A DNA stretch of 64,000 nt from Alphaproteobacteria bacterium (GCA_965214255.1 OZ243948.1:1094225-1158224), one strand, 5' to 3'; counted from the first letter of the stretch, positions 20,147 through 30,674 are shown. Numbers and translations: made by a program. Notes: generated by a model not told the origin, from the sequence alone.

Positions 20147-22831
20147 TTAGAAATTCATCTTCCCCCGAACACCTACCGTCCGCTTCGGCGGCAGGATCGC
20201 GAACGAGTGGAAGAGCAGACCGGTAAGCGCCGGACCGAAACATCCTGTATCACAATAGCCGCCGAAAGGAGCAATGAGAGCCGTTCTGGTAAAGTCGGGG
20301 GCTCCGCCGACACCGCTGCGAAACGCGCTGTTCTTCGTCACGTTGTCAACAAAGACCAGAAATTCCCACTGCTCGCCCTGAAGACCGGCGCGCAAATCAA
20401 GCTGATGATAAGCCTTGAACGACGTGAGATTGCCGGCGCCCGAATACCGCTTTCCCTGATATTGAGCGTCGCCTTCGATGAACCAGTCGACCTGCACTCC
20501 CAGCCAATCGTTCAAAGGCGTCGCCGGACGGGTCAGGTTTGCCTGCAGTGCGAAGGCGTGTTTCGGCGCCTGTTCCAGACGGTTGCCCGTATAGCTGATT
20601 TTGCATTGGCGCTCCGGACCGAAAATGCCCTGTACTATTTCAGGCGTACAATTCCCGGCGCCCGTAATCGAATAGATTGACTCCGTGATATCCGTGAAAT
20701 CTTTGTATTTGGCCGTATGCAGATAGGTATAGCTCCCGCCCAAAGTCAGACCGTCGACCGGAGCCGCCCAGTTGAAATCGATTTCACCGCCCCAGACTTC
20801 GGCAGAAGCCGCATTGACCGTCAACCGTGTCAGGTTTCCGTTAGGGTCGGCCCGCTGCACGTTCACCTGTTTATCGGTAAAATCCTGGAAGAACCCGGCG
20901 GCGTTGAGCGTTAGAGATCCGAAACGGCCCTCCCAATCGCTCTTGACGCCCAATTCGAACGCCTTCAGCCGTTCCGATCCGAACCTCATGTCGTCAATGA
21001 CAAAACTCCCGCCGCTGGGCGGCAATTGATCGATTCCTGCGGGCTTAACGCCTTGGGCGTAGGAGAAATAGAGGAGGACATTGTCGTCCGGCGTCCACTC
21101 GACTACGCCCTTGGGTGCGAAGAAATCCGAGAATTCCGTTCCGGAAACCAATGGGGGCGTGATGCATGTCGGCGGTGTCGCCTCGCCAAAGATGGGATGC
21201 GGCACACCGGTGAAATGGATAAAGGAACACGCGTTGGATTCGATCCGGTTGATAAAGAACCGCTCGTTGGAATATCTGGCCTCGCCGGTCAGCTTGAATT
21301 GCTCCGTAAGCTGAAGTTCAAGCAAAGCATAAAGCGACATGTGACGAGACGTTACTTCACTGGTCGGAAGACCAAGGGGCAGCCCGAGTTCCTCGTTGAA
21401 AAGGAATACCTCCTGGTAGGTATCAATGGGGCCCGCTGCCGGGTCGTCATCGGCATCAAGATCCTGACAATTGGGATGCCTGAAGGCGCCCTTCACGCTC
21501 GACGACAGGAAATCCGGGATCGGCACGCCAAAATCATAGCAGTTCACGAATTGACCCCTGATGTCGATATCTTTGTCTTGACGCCAATAGTTGCCGCCAA
21601 ATGTCATCTGAAGACGGTCTTCGAAAAAGGGAAGGTCCTCCCACCGGGAAGCGTATCTCAGTTCCTGGCTGTAGATTTTGACGTTTTCGATGTTGTAGGT
21701 GAAGTCACCGCCGCGCGCGATATCCCGGCCACCCGGGCCGGGAACGGCAAAACTGTCTTGATCAAAGAACTCCACCGAGTCCGCATTGAGAAAAGCGGAA
21801 TATGAAGTAAGCGTTCCACCGGGAACATCCCAATCGGCAATGAGTGACGCCCTGAATATCTCGATCTCATTTCCCGGATAATCGTTGCCGGGATCCTGAT
21901 GATTGTCGCTCAAACGAACCCCTGTGATCCCTTCGGCTTTGCCAAAAGTCGACAAGAAGTCCTGCGTATCCCCGGCCGTCAACACGCCGGCCGCAACCGC
22001 GCCGGCAGGCGCGGTCAGCGTCAAATCATTGGAAATCTCCACCGTTGGACGCGGCTCATATTCGTCATCGGAATATTCGATCCGGGCCTTGAGCCGGAAG
22101 CTTTCGCCGACATTCAAATTGGCGGTGAGCGCGCCGCCGTAGCCCATGCCGCCGCCGATGAAGTTGTCGGTCACTTCATTTAAGTATTGTCCGCGCTCAT
22201 CCCAGTAGTAGGCGCTTGCACGCAATCCCAACACGTCATCGATAACCGGACCGCTTACCGAACCGCCGACTTCGAATTCATGATGCTGAGCGGCCTCGAA
22301 CCGAAGATCGGCTTCGAATTCGTCGCTCGCCTCGCGCGTAACGTATTGCACGGCGCCCGCGAAAGCCGCGCGACCGTAGAGAGCACTCTGCGGGCCTTTG
22401 ACAAGCTCAACTCTTTGCACATCGGACAACAAACGTTGGGATACCAGGATCGACGCGCCCGAACTGTTGAACGCCTCCGACGTGACATCGATGCCGTCGA
22501 CCAAAAAGGCGACATTTGAGCGCCCGCGCGAGGGGCTGAAGCCGCGCACGCTGACAATAACATCCTTTTGAGCGAACCCTTCGGTGTAGATAAAGCTTGA
22601 CGAGACCGAAAGCGCATCCTCGAGACCTTCCACGCCTTGTCGATTGAGAGCCGCCAACTCAAACACGTTCACCGAAATCGGTACGTCTTGAAGATTTTCT
22701 TCCCTTTTACGGGTTGTGACGATGATTTCGCCGACTTGGGCCCATCCGTCACTTGGCAACGATACGGTTAGAGTCGGAACGAGAAAGGCGAGCGCGGCAA
22801 CGCCGCTCACAAATTGAGTACGATATGACAC
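20147..22831 (-). CDS. TonB-dependent receptor
   Basis: EIIVTTRKREE TonB box, VQRVELVKGPQSALYG plug, terminal Phe (RGKMNF); paralog of 7010-9748. Confidence 0.95.
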   Translation of the reverse strand: MSYRTQFVSGVAALAFLVPTLTVSLPSDGWAQVGEIIVTTRKREENLQDVPISVNVFELAALNRQGVEGLEDALSVSSSFIYTEGFAQKDVIVSVRGFSPSRGRSNVAFLVDGIDVTSEAFNSSGASILVSQRLLSDVQRVELVKGPQSALYGRAAFAGAVQYVTREASDEFEADLRFEAAQHHEFEVGGSVSGPVIDDVLGLRASAYYWDERGQYLNEVTDNFIGGGMGYGGALTANLNVGESFRLKARIEYSDDEYEPRPTVEISNDLTLTAPAGAVAAGVLTAGDTQDFLSTFGKAEGITGVRLSDNHQDPGNDYPGNEIEIFRASLIADWDVPGGTLTSYSAFLNADSVEFFDQDSFAVPGPGGRDIARGGDFTYNIENVKIYSQELRYASRWEDLPFFEDRLQMTFGGNYWRQDKDIDIRGQFVNCYDFGVPIPDFLSSSVKGAFRHPNCQDLDADDDPAAGPIDTYQEVFLFNEELGLPLGLPTSEVTSRHMSLYALLELQLTEQFKLTGEARYSNERFFINRIESNACSFIHFTGVPHPIFGEATPPTCITPPLVSGTEFSDFFAPKGVVEWTPDDNVLLYFSYAQGVKPAGIDQLPPSGGSFVIDDMRFGSERLKAFELGVKSDWEGRFGSLTLNAAGFFQDFTDKQVNVQRADPNGNLTRLTVNAASAEVWGGEIDFNWAAPVDGLTLGGSYTYLHTAKYKDFTDITESIYSITGAGNCTPEIVQGIFGPERQCKISYTGNRLEQAPKHAFALQANLTRPATPLNDWLGVQVDWFIEGDAQYQGKRYSGAGNLTSFKAYHQLDLRAGLQGEQWEFLVFVDNVTKNSAFRSGVGGAPDFTRTALIAPFGGYCDTGCFGPALTGLLFHSFAILPPKRTVGVRGKMNF

Positions 22832-23070
22832 TGGCCACCCCCTATCAAATCACCAAAGGCGCTCGCTCCGATCACGCGAGCTTTTATCCGGCCCGGACAC
22901 CGATACGATACCTGACGGCCGGTTGCTGAAAAAGTATAGATCATAAAACGAGCCTGTGGGGGAAATCTCCGGTTCATAGTCGGTTACGGACAATACCGGA
23001 CTTCGAGTCGCTCCATCTCGATCATGCCGTAAAGACTCATCACCGCCCCGTTCCACTCCAACCAATCGCC

Positions 23071-25209
23071 TCACAGCCCCTGTTCGGCAGACTGAGACTC
23101 GAGTTCGGCGAACAGGTCGCGGCTTTCACCCAGACCGAGACGCGCTTTTATAAAGCGCCAGGAACTTTTTCGACGGGTAAGCCAGGACACTTTACCGCCG
23201 TGTTTGCGATTGCGCAGCACACCGTCGACCAGGAACGGCGTTACCGTCTCCACGCGGTCGGCAAGAATGTTGTAAATTCGTTTAATGGGCTCCCAGGCCC
23301 GAGGCGGCAGGACGTCTTTGTCGCGCGTGATCATCTCGGTGATCACGATCCCCGGACTGATCGTACCGACAAGGACCGATTCGTCCCTGGTCTCCTTGAC
23401 CAACGCTTTGGTAAAATAACGCAAGGCAAACTTGGTCGAACCGTAAACGCTTGAACCGGGCGACTGCATTCCGTTGCTGCCGAAGCCCTCAAAATTGTAA
23501 ATGGCGCCCCTGCCCTGTTCTCGCATACCTTCAAGGGCCGTCTTGCAACCGTAAAACATGCCCAAAAGATTTGTGTGGGGAACACTTTCCATTTCCCGAA
23601 AAGGAAGCTTGGCGATCGGCATGCGACTGTTGTTGAGCCCGGCATTATTGATCCAAATGTCGATGTCGCCGAGAGACTCCTTAGCCTTGGACCACAGATC
23701 TCGGACTTGGCGCATCTCTCTCACATCGCAGGCCATGCCGACAACTTTTGCGCCGTCCGCGGCATCGGGCATCAGGCTTTTGACGACCCGATCAACGGCC
23801 TCTTGCGTGCGGCCGGTGATCATGACGCTATTGCCGCGTTTTAGAAACTCGCGCGCCATGCCATAGCCGATGCCGCGTGTACTCCCGGTGATCACGACTC
23901 CGGCATTTTTCATCGGCGCGCCCGGGGTGTAACCCGGTGCTTTCAGTCGAACAATCAGGCTCAGGACAAAGATGACGAACGCTCCGAGGCCGACAAAGAA
24001 AAAAGCGCCTGCCGGCTGCCACGCATCAAAGGCATAGCCGCCGATGCCGCTGAAAAACAGAATACCGACGGCACCGCATGTTCCGAATGCACCGATCACG
24101 GCGCCGCGTTTGGCAGAGGGCGCCTCCTGACCGATGAGCGCCTGAGAGGCGTAAAAGATGCTGATTTGACCGATACCCAGCAAAGCAAACAGCGGCAAAT
24201 AGGTGTTGTCGAACAGATCCTCAACCAACAGCATGCTGATGAAAGCGACGCCGCTCATCAGACTGCCGAAAGCCTGGACACTGACACGATTAAAGCGGTC
24301 TATGGCCCAACCCATCACCGGCGCCCACAAGAGACCGGCCACTTGCGCAACGATAAACACGGTGAGCCCGCGCGCGACGCCTTCGCCCGGACTCATACCC
24401 CGGTCCAATGCGGCTTGTGCGCCCCACAACGCCGTAAATGTACCGACGATGACCAAGTCGCTGCGTGCAACGAACGCGCTGGCATACGCCAACCCCGTCC
24501 GCAATTTCAGAGCTTCGGAGAAGCCGCTCTTGAACAGTTCACCGGGAGACGGCCGCTCGACATGAGGCGTCCCCGGCTTTAATCCGATACCGATCAATAC
24601 GGCCGAGCCGATGCACAGCGCCGCGGCGATCCAGTGCACGTTGCGGCTGGCCGTAAAGTCGTCAAGACCTTGGGCTTCATACGATCCAAGCAGACCCCGG
24701 AACATGAGGTTGAAAGCAATGGCGCCGATGGCGATTATGATGCCCGACAGGGCAACCATTTTGCCGCGCGATATTTCCTGCGGGTAGTCATTCGTGACCG
24801 TGCCGAGCATGCCCGTCGCGGCCGCTACACCCGCAGCGTAGATCACTCTGTAAATCACGAGATCCGTGACGCTGGTCGCAAACGGCATAAGGATATAGCT
24901 GATTCCCATCAAAGCGAGGCCGAGCGCATATACGGGGGGTCGGCCAACCCGGTCACACAAGATTCCGTAGAGAAACACGGTGGACATGATGGTGAGTTCG
25001 CCCGTCACCGTGAGCAGCCCGCCCCGTTTCCCCAGATCCGCACCGCCCTCGATCCCGCCGAGGATCAGCGCCTGCCCGATGTTGACAAACGTAAGCAATC
25101 CCATGGTGACAAGGGACGCATAAAAAAAGGTCGAGAGATGAAGATAAGAGACCTCCGGTGTCAGCCAGATGTTGAAGAATCTCTTCCCTTGCGGATCAAT
25201 CGGCTTCAT
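23071..25209 (-). CDS. Fusion of an MFS transporter (about 430 aa) and a short-chain dehydrogenase of the NYC1/NOL (chlorophyll b reductase)-like type
   Basis: N-half has 12 TM with G.LCDRVGR; C-half has ITGSTRGIG, IWINNAG and YGSTK; no stop codon at the junction. Confidence 0.85.
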   Translation of the reverse strand: MKPIDPQGKRFFNIWLTPEVSYLHLSTFFYASLVTMGLLTFVNIGQALILGGIEGGADLGKRGGLLTVTGELTIMSTVFLYGILCDRVGRPPVYALGLALMGISYILMPFATSVTDLVIYRVIYAAGVAAATGMLGTVTNDYPQEISRGKMVALSGIIIAIGAIAFNLMFRGLLGSYEAQGLDDFTASRNVHWIAAALCIGSAVLIGIGLKPGTPHVERPSPGELFKSGFSEALKLRTGLAYASAFVARSDLVIVGTFTALWGAQAALDRGMSPGEGVARGLTVFIVAQVAGLLWAPVMGWAIDRFNRVSVQAFGSLMSGVAFISMLLVEDLFDNTYLPLFALLGIGQISIFYASQALIGQEAPSAKRGAVIGAFGTCGAVGILFFSGIGGYAFDAWQPAGAFFFVGLGAFVIFVLSLIVRLKAPGYTPGAPMKNAGVVITGSTRGIGYGMAREFLKRGNSVMITGRTQEAVDRVVKSLMPDAADGAKVVGMACDVREMRQVRDLWSKAKESLGDIDIWINNAGLNNSRMPIAKLPFREMESVPHTNLLGMFYGCKTALEGMREQGRGAIYNFEGFGSNGMQSPGSSVYGSTKFALRYFTKALVKETRDESVLVGTISPGIVITEMITRDKDVLPPRAWEPIKRIYNILADRVETVTPFLVDGVLRNRKHGGKVSWLTRRKSSWRFIKARLGLGESRDLFAELESQSAEQGL

Positions 25210-25327
25210 ATGACGGCGTTCCCTGATCGTCTCACGGCAAACATGATTATCCGCTCACGGCCGGACAGGCTCAAGCCGAAATCCGACTCCGGATTCATGA
25301 CCGTCCGTGAAGCTTCCGGGCGAGCGC

Positions 25328-26335
25328 TCATTTGTCCCGTTCGTTATAGAGCGGATTTTCGGGTGGAATTCGATCGGCATAGGCATGCCACGTCTCGCGC
25401 GGGCTTCCGTCATCCCAATCGTCGGCGGGTTCAAGCAAATCGGGACGGACCTTTTCCGTATAAGCGAGAACCTTGTCGGGTATGTCGTCGACAGTCCCGG
25501 TAATACGATAACTGTGCATGCGGCCGATCAATACGCCGTCGACGCTGCCGCCCATCATCATCCACGGCCACCACGGGCCCTGACGGAAGAATCCGCCCAG
25601 CATGGTAACCCAAGGACGGCTCCGGTCGTCCATCTCGGCGGTCGGCGTATAGACGACAAAATGCTCCGACGGATTGATCATTTTGCCTGTCGACGCCTTT
25701 GGCCAACCTTCAGGCGTCACCGGGTTGGTATATTCGTGGCCGTATTCCCAACTCATGAGATATTGATGACCGACACGCCGCCACGGCAAAACGAAGGGAG
25801 GGTCTTCCTCACCCTCGGAGATCACCGCCTCACTCATCGTGGTGGCCTCGTCTTCATTCAGGCTCATGGCGAATTTCGGCATGGTAAGACCAAGCTCGCC
25901 GCGCAAGCGATCGTTCAACATATTCAAAGGTTTGACATTTTCTTCCGTAAACGGATTAAACCAGCTTTCGAGAATCTCGCCCGTAGCAAGATCCGTGTAG
26001 AAGCTCGTCTCCTTGCCGCGAACGCGCAAATGGCCGTTGTCGAGAATCCTGGCCTGCATATTTCCGAAGCCGGTATAACCGAAGAGAGGCTTCGCGCGTT
26101 TCTTGCCGACAATGGCGAATTGAACGCCTTCATAGCCGCTGAACACCGGCTCGTCGCCCAGCGTGAACCACAATTTGCCGAAGGCTTCGAGATTGTCGCG
26201 CGGGTCGTCGAAATTCATCGGGGCGTCCATGCGCGCGCTCGGCGCGGCGCCCAATCCCATAAGCCCCATGGCGCCTACCCCGCCCAGGGCGACCCGACGG
26301 CTAATGGCCATGGTAGCGGCGGAATACATATGCAT
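25328..26335 (-). CDS. Tat-exported DUF1838-like protein
   Basis: SRRVAL Tat motif; DDPRDNLEAFGK, FYTDLATGEILESWFNPFT, YTNPVTP, WWPWM pattern as I recall it for DUF1838. Confidence 0.75.
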   Translation of the reverse strand: MHMYSAATMAISRRVALGGVGAMGLMGLGAAPSARMDAPMNFDDPRDNLEAFGKLWFTLGDEPVFSGYEGVQFAIVGKKRAKPLFGYTGFGNMQARILDNGHLRVRGKETSFYTDLATGEILESWFNPFTEENVKPLNMLNDRLRGELGLTMPKFAMSLNEDEATTMSEAVISEGEEDPPFVLPWRRVGHQYLMSWEYGHEYTNPVTPEGWPKASTGKMINPSEHFVVYTPTAEMDDRSRPWVTMLGGFFRQGPWWPWMMMGGSVDGVLIGRMHSYRITGTVDDIPDKVLAYTEKVRPDLLEPADDWDDGSPRETWHAYADRIPPENPLYNERDK

Positions 26336-26372
26336 GATGCGATGTCCTCTTCAATCGCAGCGTGAAGCGGCG

Positions 26373-27356
26373 CTAGCGTGATCTCAACTCCGCCATGCCT
26401 CCCGATGCTTCTTTCACATTATCGTCGGCAAGAAAGGCGCGCGCCGACGCATCCTGTTTGAGATAGGCGTCCAGAAACGCGGTCGACGTGCCGTTGACCA
26501 GGATGAGCGCTTCCGGCTCCAATCGTTGACCCGGTTCGACCGCGCCGCATATGAGCCCGCCCAGGGGATGCGTCATGTCCTGCATGATGAGGGCGTATTT
26601 ATCGCCGGGCGGCGTATCGGTAAACGCCGTGATACGCCATTCCCATGTTGCGTTGGGGCCCGCCATGTTGACTTGGTCATTGGGGCCGCTTGCTACGTAG
26701 ATCGGCTGCGTGAGATCAGCGAAGGCATCTTCGGGCATGCCCGGTATGGGTCCGGGGCCGCTCAAAAGTACGGTCACGTCGAACCTGTCGTCGGCGCTCG
26801 CAAGCACCGTACCGTCATTGTCCGTGCGTTTGAGGCCGGCAACGGTAGCCGCCGTCATGGCGCCCATGGAATGACCGGCGATAGCCATCCGGTCTTTATC
26901 GAGACGGCCTGCCAGATCGGGCACTATTTCCTCGACCTTCTCCAACGAGTCGGCAATGAAACTCAAATCGTCGAGACGGCTCAAAAAAATCGCCGTCATT
27001 TTGCTGAAGTCCGGCCTGCCCAAGGTTTTGGAATCGAGATGCGTCGGCTGGAAGACGACGTAGCCGTGAGACGCCCAATGATCGGCAATCAGCGAATAGT
27101 CATCCTTGGAACAAAAGGCGCCGTGGGAAAACACGATGACCGGGTAGCGGCCCTCGGCGGCGGGATAACTCACGCGGACACGCAAATCCTTGTTCTGTTC
27201 GGGATAAGGCAGGATCAACGGATTAACCCGTTCAACCTCATAAGGCCCCCATCCGCTCTTGTAGACATCTTCAAGGCCCACCCGGGCGGGTGAACCCATA
27301 CCGAGCGAACCGATCAGGACGATAGCCAATTTACAAACAGTCGACAGCCGTCTCAT
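26373..27356 (-). CDS. Secreted alpha/beta hydrolase (chlorophyllase / PAF-acetylhydrolase-like)
   Basis: YPVIVFSHG, HWASHGYVV, nucleophile elbow AGHSMG, later Asp and His candidates. Confidence 0.85.
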   Translation of the reverse strand: MRRLSTVCKLAIVLIGSLGMGSPARVGLEDVYKSGWGPYEVERVNPLILPYPEQNKDLRVRVSYPAAEGRYPVIVFSHGAFCSKDDYSLIADHWASHGYVVFQPTHLDSKTLGRPDFSKMTAIFLSRLDDLSFIADSLEKVEEIVPDLAGRLDKDRMAIAGHSMGAMTAATVAGLKRTDNDGTVLASADDRFDVTVLLSGPGPIPGMPEDAFADLTQPIYVASGPNDQVNMAGPNATWEWRITAFTDTPPGDKYALIMQDMTHPLGGLICGAVEPGQRLEPEALILVNGTSTAFLDAYLKQDASARAFLADDNVKEASGGMAELRSR

Positions 27357-27464
27357 AGCGCCCTACTCCCCATTAGTGTTCTCATAACGCGAATTCCAAA
27401 ACCACTGAACGGCGACACGGAACCGAAGGCAAATCCATCAGCGGGTCGCAAGGAGGACAATCTC

Positions 27465-28508
27465 TCACTCGGCGGACCGATAGTCAGGGTTTTCCGGCGG
27501 CACTTGTTCGGCAAACGCGGCCCAGGTTTCTTTCGGTGCACCGTCGTCCCAATCGTCGCATGGCTCAAGATAGTCGGGATAGTTCTTCTCCACATAGTCG
27601 AGAACTTTGCGCGGAATATTCCCCAAACCGTCAATATCCTCTTTGAAGGAAAAACTGCGCCCCATCATTTTGCCGTCTTCCATACCGCTGCCGCCCATAC
27701 GCATCCACGGCCAAAACGGGGAAATACGGGTAAAACCGCCGTGAAAACGTGCGGTCGGCCGGTCACGATCTTCGAGTTCTTCTTTCGGAATGTAAAATGC
27801 GAAATGCTCGGACGGATTGACTATACGGCCGGTCGACGCTTTGGGCCAGCCTTCGGGCGTCACGGGGTTGGTGTATTCGTGGCGGTAATCCCAAGCGAGA
27901 AAGATTTTCGATCCCCATTCCTCGAACGGCATGATGAACGGCGCCGATCCGTCAGGCCGGATTTGAGCGGTAGCCTCGTTCATCAAAGTGGGCTCGTCGT
28001 CTTCCGTGCCGTGAAAAATCCTGGGCATGTCGAGAGTCAACTCGCCCCGCACACGGTCATTCATGAAAATGAAGACCTCGACATTTTCTTCCGTGTAGGG
28101 ATTGAACCACGTTTCCAGCACCTCGCCGGTGGCGAGATCCGTATAGAAGTTGCCCTCTTTCGCACGCAGACGCAAATGCCCGTTCGGCATAATTTTGCAT
28201 TGGGCGTTGCCAAAGCCGGCATAACCGAACAGGGGCCGCAACCGCTTTATGCCGACCGAGCCAAAAAGAATGCCGTGCCATGACGTATAGACGGGCTTGT
28301 CTCCGTAGGTTCCCCACATCTTGCCGAATGCGTACAAATTATCTTTGGGATCGGTGTAATCGACGGACCCGCTGTTCGGCGGGGCGGTCATCGCGGCCGA
28401 TATCACAGGCGAGGCCAGTCCGGACACCCCGACGAAACCAGCGCCGCCTGCCAACCGGAGCAAGCCGCGGCGGGTGCAAAACGCATTGTGCACGGATTGA
28501 AATTCCAT
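27465..28508 (-). CDS. Tat-exported DUF1838-like protein (paralog of 25328-26335)
   Basis: TRRGLL Tat motif; shares HEYTNPVTPEGWPKASTG and FYTDLATGE blocks with the neighbouring paralog. Confidence 0.75.
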   Translation of the reverse strand: MEFQSVHNAFCTRRGLLRLAGGAGFVGVSGLASPVISAAMTAPPNSGSVDYTDPKDNLYAFGKMWGTYGDKPVYTSWHGILFGSVGIKRLRPLFGYAGFGNAQCKIMPNGHLRLRAKEGNFYTDLATGEVLETWFNPYTEENVEVFIFMNDRVRGELTLDMPRIFHGTEDDEPTLMNEATAQIRPDGSAPFIMPFEEWGSKIFLAWDYRHEYTNPVTPEGWPKASTGRIVNPSEHFAFYIPKEELEDRDRPTARFHGGFTRISPFWPWMRMGGSGMEDGKMMGRSFSFKEDIDGLGNIPRKVLDYVEKNYPDYLEPCDDWDDGAPKETWAAFAEQVPPENPDYRSAE

Positions 28509-28669
28509 AAGCGACCTCCAGCCAAGCGCCGCGCCCGGTCACGACCCGGGGCGGAACGCAATAAACTCCGACGACGATAAAGCTCTTTGTGTCGAATTGC
28601 CATTCAACAAGTGTCGCGACGGGGCGTTCGATCTCGCGCCGCGATCGAGGCTTTGTGAATGAAGACCCG

Positions 28670-29776
28670 CTATGGTCTCACAAGCGGGACGGTCTCAAGC
28701 GTCCACCCCTTCGACGTATTTCGACCAGGGCTGGGAATAGCGAACGCCTTGCCCCTCGCCGCCCGATCGACGGCGGCGCTGTCAATCCGCCAGCCGCGGG
28801 CTTCCCACTCCTTCAGTTTCTCGCGAAACCGTACGATAACCGTATCGGACGGCACCAGGACTTCTTTGGCGTTGACGGTCGGCGCGATGATCGGCCGCAA
28901 TTTCTCGACGACCACACGGTCCTGCTCCATGGTCTCCCATGTGATCTTGCGAACCCGTTCGTCGTTTGCCTCACCGGGCGCGAAATTCCTGCGTCCGGAA
29001 AAGAAATAACGCCGCGAACGGCGTTCATCGAGCGGCGTCACGAAGGCGTACTGGTGGGTCCAGGCCGTGTCGGTAAAATGGATATGGATCCAGGCTTGGC
29101 AGGGTCCATGATGACCGGACCGGGTGAAAGTCTCGGACTTGACGCGCTCCATGTCTTCCTTGAGCGAGCCTTCTTTTACCGATGACGGCACAACCGTTTC
29201 GTGCCCCGTACCCCATTCGCCGTCCAGCATCTTGAGATCCGGCAGACGATAGTCGTCCATGTCTCCCTGGAAGCCGAACATGGGGTGGACGAATTCCGTA
29301 TGAGCGGGATCGAGCAGATTTTCCGTTGCGCGTTGATAGTTGAAATCCCAATCACAAGTCACGAATGTCCAGCGCCACTCGTCATCCGTCCACTCCGGGA
29401 TGTCCAGGATCGGGATGCGTCCGGCTTGCTCCGCATCACCCAGAAAGACGAATACCAAGCCGTACCGCTCTTCCGTCGGATAAGAATCCGCTTTGGCGCG
29501 CGCCGGAATCTTGGCGTCCGTTCCCATGGACGGAATGCGCCGGCACCGGCCCGCGCCATCGAATTGCCAACCGTGATAGGGGCACTCCAAGAAAGCACCC
29601 TTGACCTTGCCGTGGGCCAACGAACCGCCGCGATGAACACATACGTTACTCAGACAATGGACCTTCTCTGCGGGGTCTCTGAACAGAACGAAATCGTGAC
29701 CCAACATGCGCGTATGAACGGGTTCTTCCGCAACGTTGTTGCTTTGTGCAGCGACGTACCAGAAGTTGATGAACAT
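28670..29776 (-). CDS. Rieske non-heme iron oxygenase alpha subunit (VanA/PaO-type)
   Basis: CVH...CPYH Rieske ligands and ENLLDPAHTEFVH mononuclear-iron motif. Confidence 0.93.
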   Translation of the reverse strand: MFINFWYVAAQSNNVAEEPVHTRMLGHDFVLFRDPAEKVHCLSNVCVHRGGSLAHGKVKGAFLECPYHGWQFDGAGRCRRIPSMGTDAKIPARAKADSYPTEERYGLVFVFLGDAEQAGRIPILDIPEWTDDEWRWTFVTCDWDFNYQRATENLLDPAHTEFVHPMFGFQGDMDDYRLPDLKMLDGEWGTGHETVVPSSVKEGSLKEDMERVKSETFTRSGHHGPCQAWIHIHFTDTAWTHQYAFVTPLDERRSRRYFFSGRRNFAPGEANDERVRKITWETMEQDRVVVEKLRPIIAPTVNAKEVLVPSDTVIVRFREKLKEWEARGWRIDSAAVDRAARGKAFAIPSPGRNTSKGWTLETVPLVRP

Positions 29777-29881
29777 GGCAGTCTCGACCACATATGGACG
29801 AATATCACCGACGGTCTCATCCTAAGGAGAGCCAGAGGACAGGTCAAAGCGCGTCGCTTAAAAGAAGAGCGGCGGAAAAAT

Positions 29882-30457
29882 CTACCAGTGGCGCACGGGC
29901 CCCGTGTCCATGTGGACAAAGCCGCTCGATTCGTACAGGCCGACGCCGCCGCGGTTCATGGACTTGGCCGCCTCATAGAGCCTGCCCGCAGCCAACCGAG
30001 GCAAGCCGATATCGATGGCGCGGCCTTTCATGTGATAGCTCTGCCTCGCGACGCCGGTACTGCGCGAGGCCAACATGGCGTTGGTCCTTGGCGAGCGATA
30101 GCCGGAAATCACGTTGAACGTACCCGGATTGTCCAGGATTTGCGCGAGGGCGAACAGGTCTTCGAGCAGAACGAGGTCAATGGCGTGTTTTTCGTCGGTC
30201 CGCCAGTCCCTCAGCACGCGGTCGATTTCGGCCAAACCCTCGGGCAGAAACTTTCCCCCGGACCAAAAAGTCGCCGTCACCTTTTCGCCTGTATGAATGG
30301 ATTGAAGGGAGAGCCTCTTTTCCCAAACGGGCCATCCGATTCGGCGGGCGGCGAAAGCGCCCGGGAAACCCCCGCCGGCCAGCGCCGCGGCACCGGCGGT
30401 GACCGCAAGACCCGTGACCAGGCGGCGCCTGGAAACGGCAATACCCACTCGTCGCAT
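29882..30457 (-). CDS. YcbK/DUF882 (peptidase M15) Tat-exported protein
   Basis: SRRRLV Tat motif, HTGE, LRDWR, ISGYRSP.TN, SYHMKGRAID, FVHMDTG. Confidence 0.92.
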   Translation of the reverse strand: MRRVGIAVSRRRLVTGLAVTAGAAALAGGGFPGAFAARRIGWPVWEKRLSLQSIHTGEKVTATFWSGGKFLPEGLAEIDRVLRDWRTDEKHAIDLVLLEDLFALAQILDNPGTFNVISGYRSPRTNAMLASRSTGVARQSYHMKGRAIDIGLPRLAAGRLYEAAKSMNRGGVGLYESSGFVHMDTGPVRHW

Positions 30458-30674
30458 CCTTCACCTGCAACCCGTTTCGGCGCCAGACTGCCAGACTGCA
30501 CAGCGCAATGCAACGCATGGGTAAACGTTTCGCGCAGGGGACGGCTCCGAGTAAACACGATCTGCCGAACGCAATCGGGTGGATGGCGCCGCACGGTCAA
30601 CCGCGTTATGTTCACGCGCCTGAAGCGCATTCCGTCAACAAGACGCCACATGATCGAAAGGCACTCTTTTCAAC

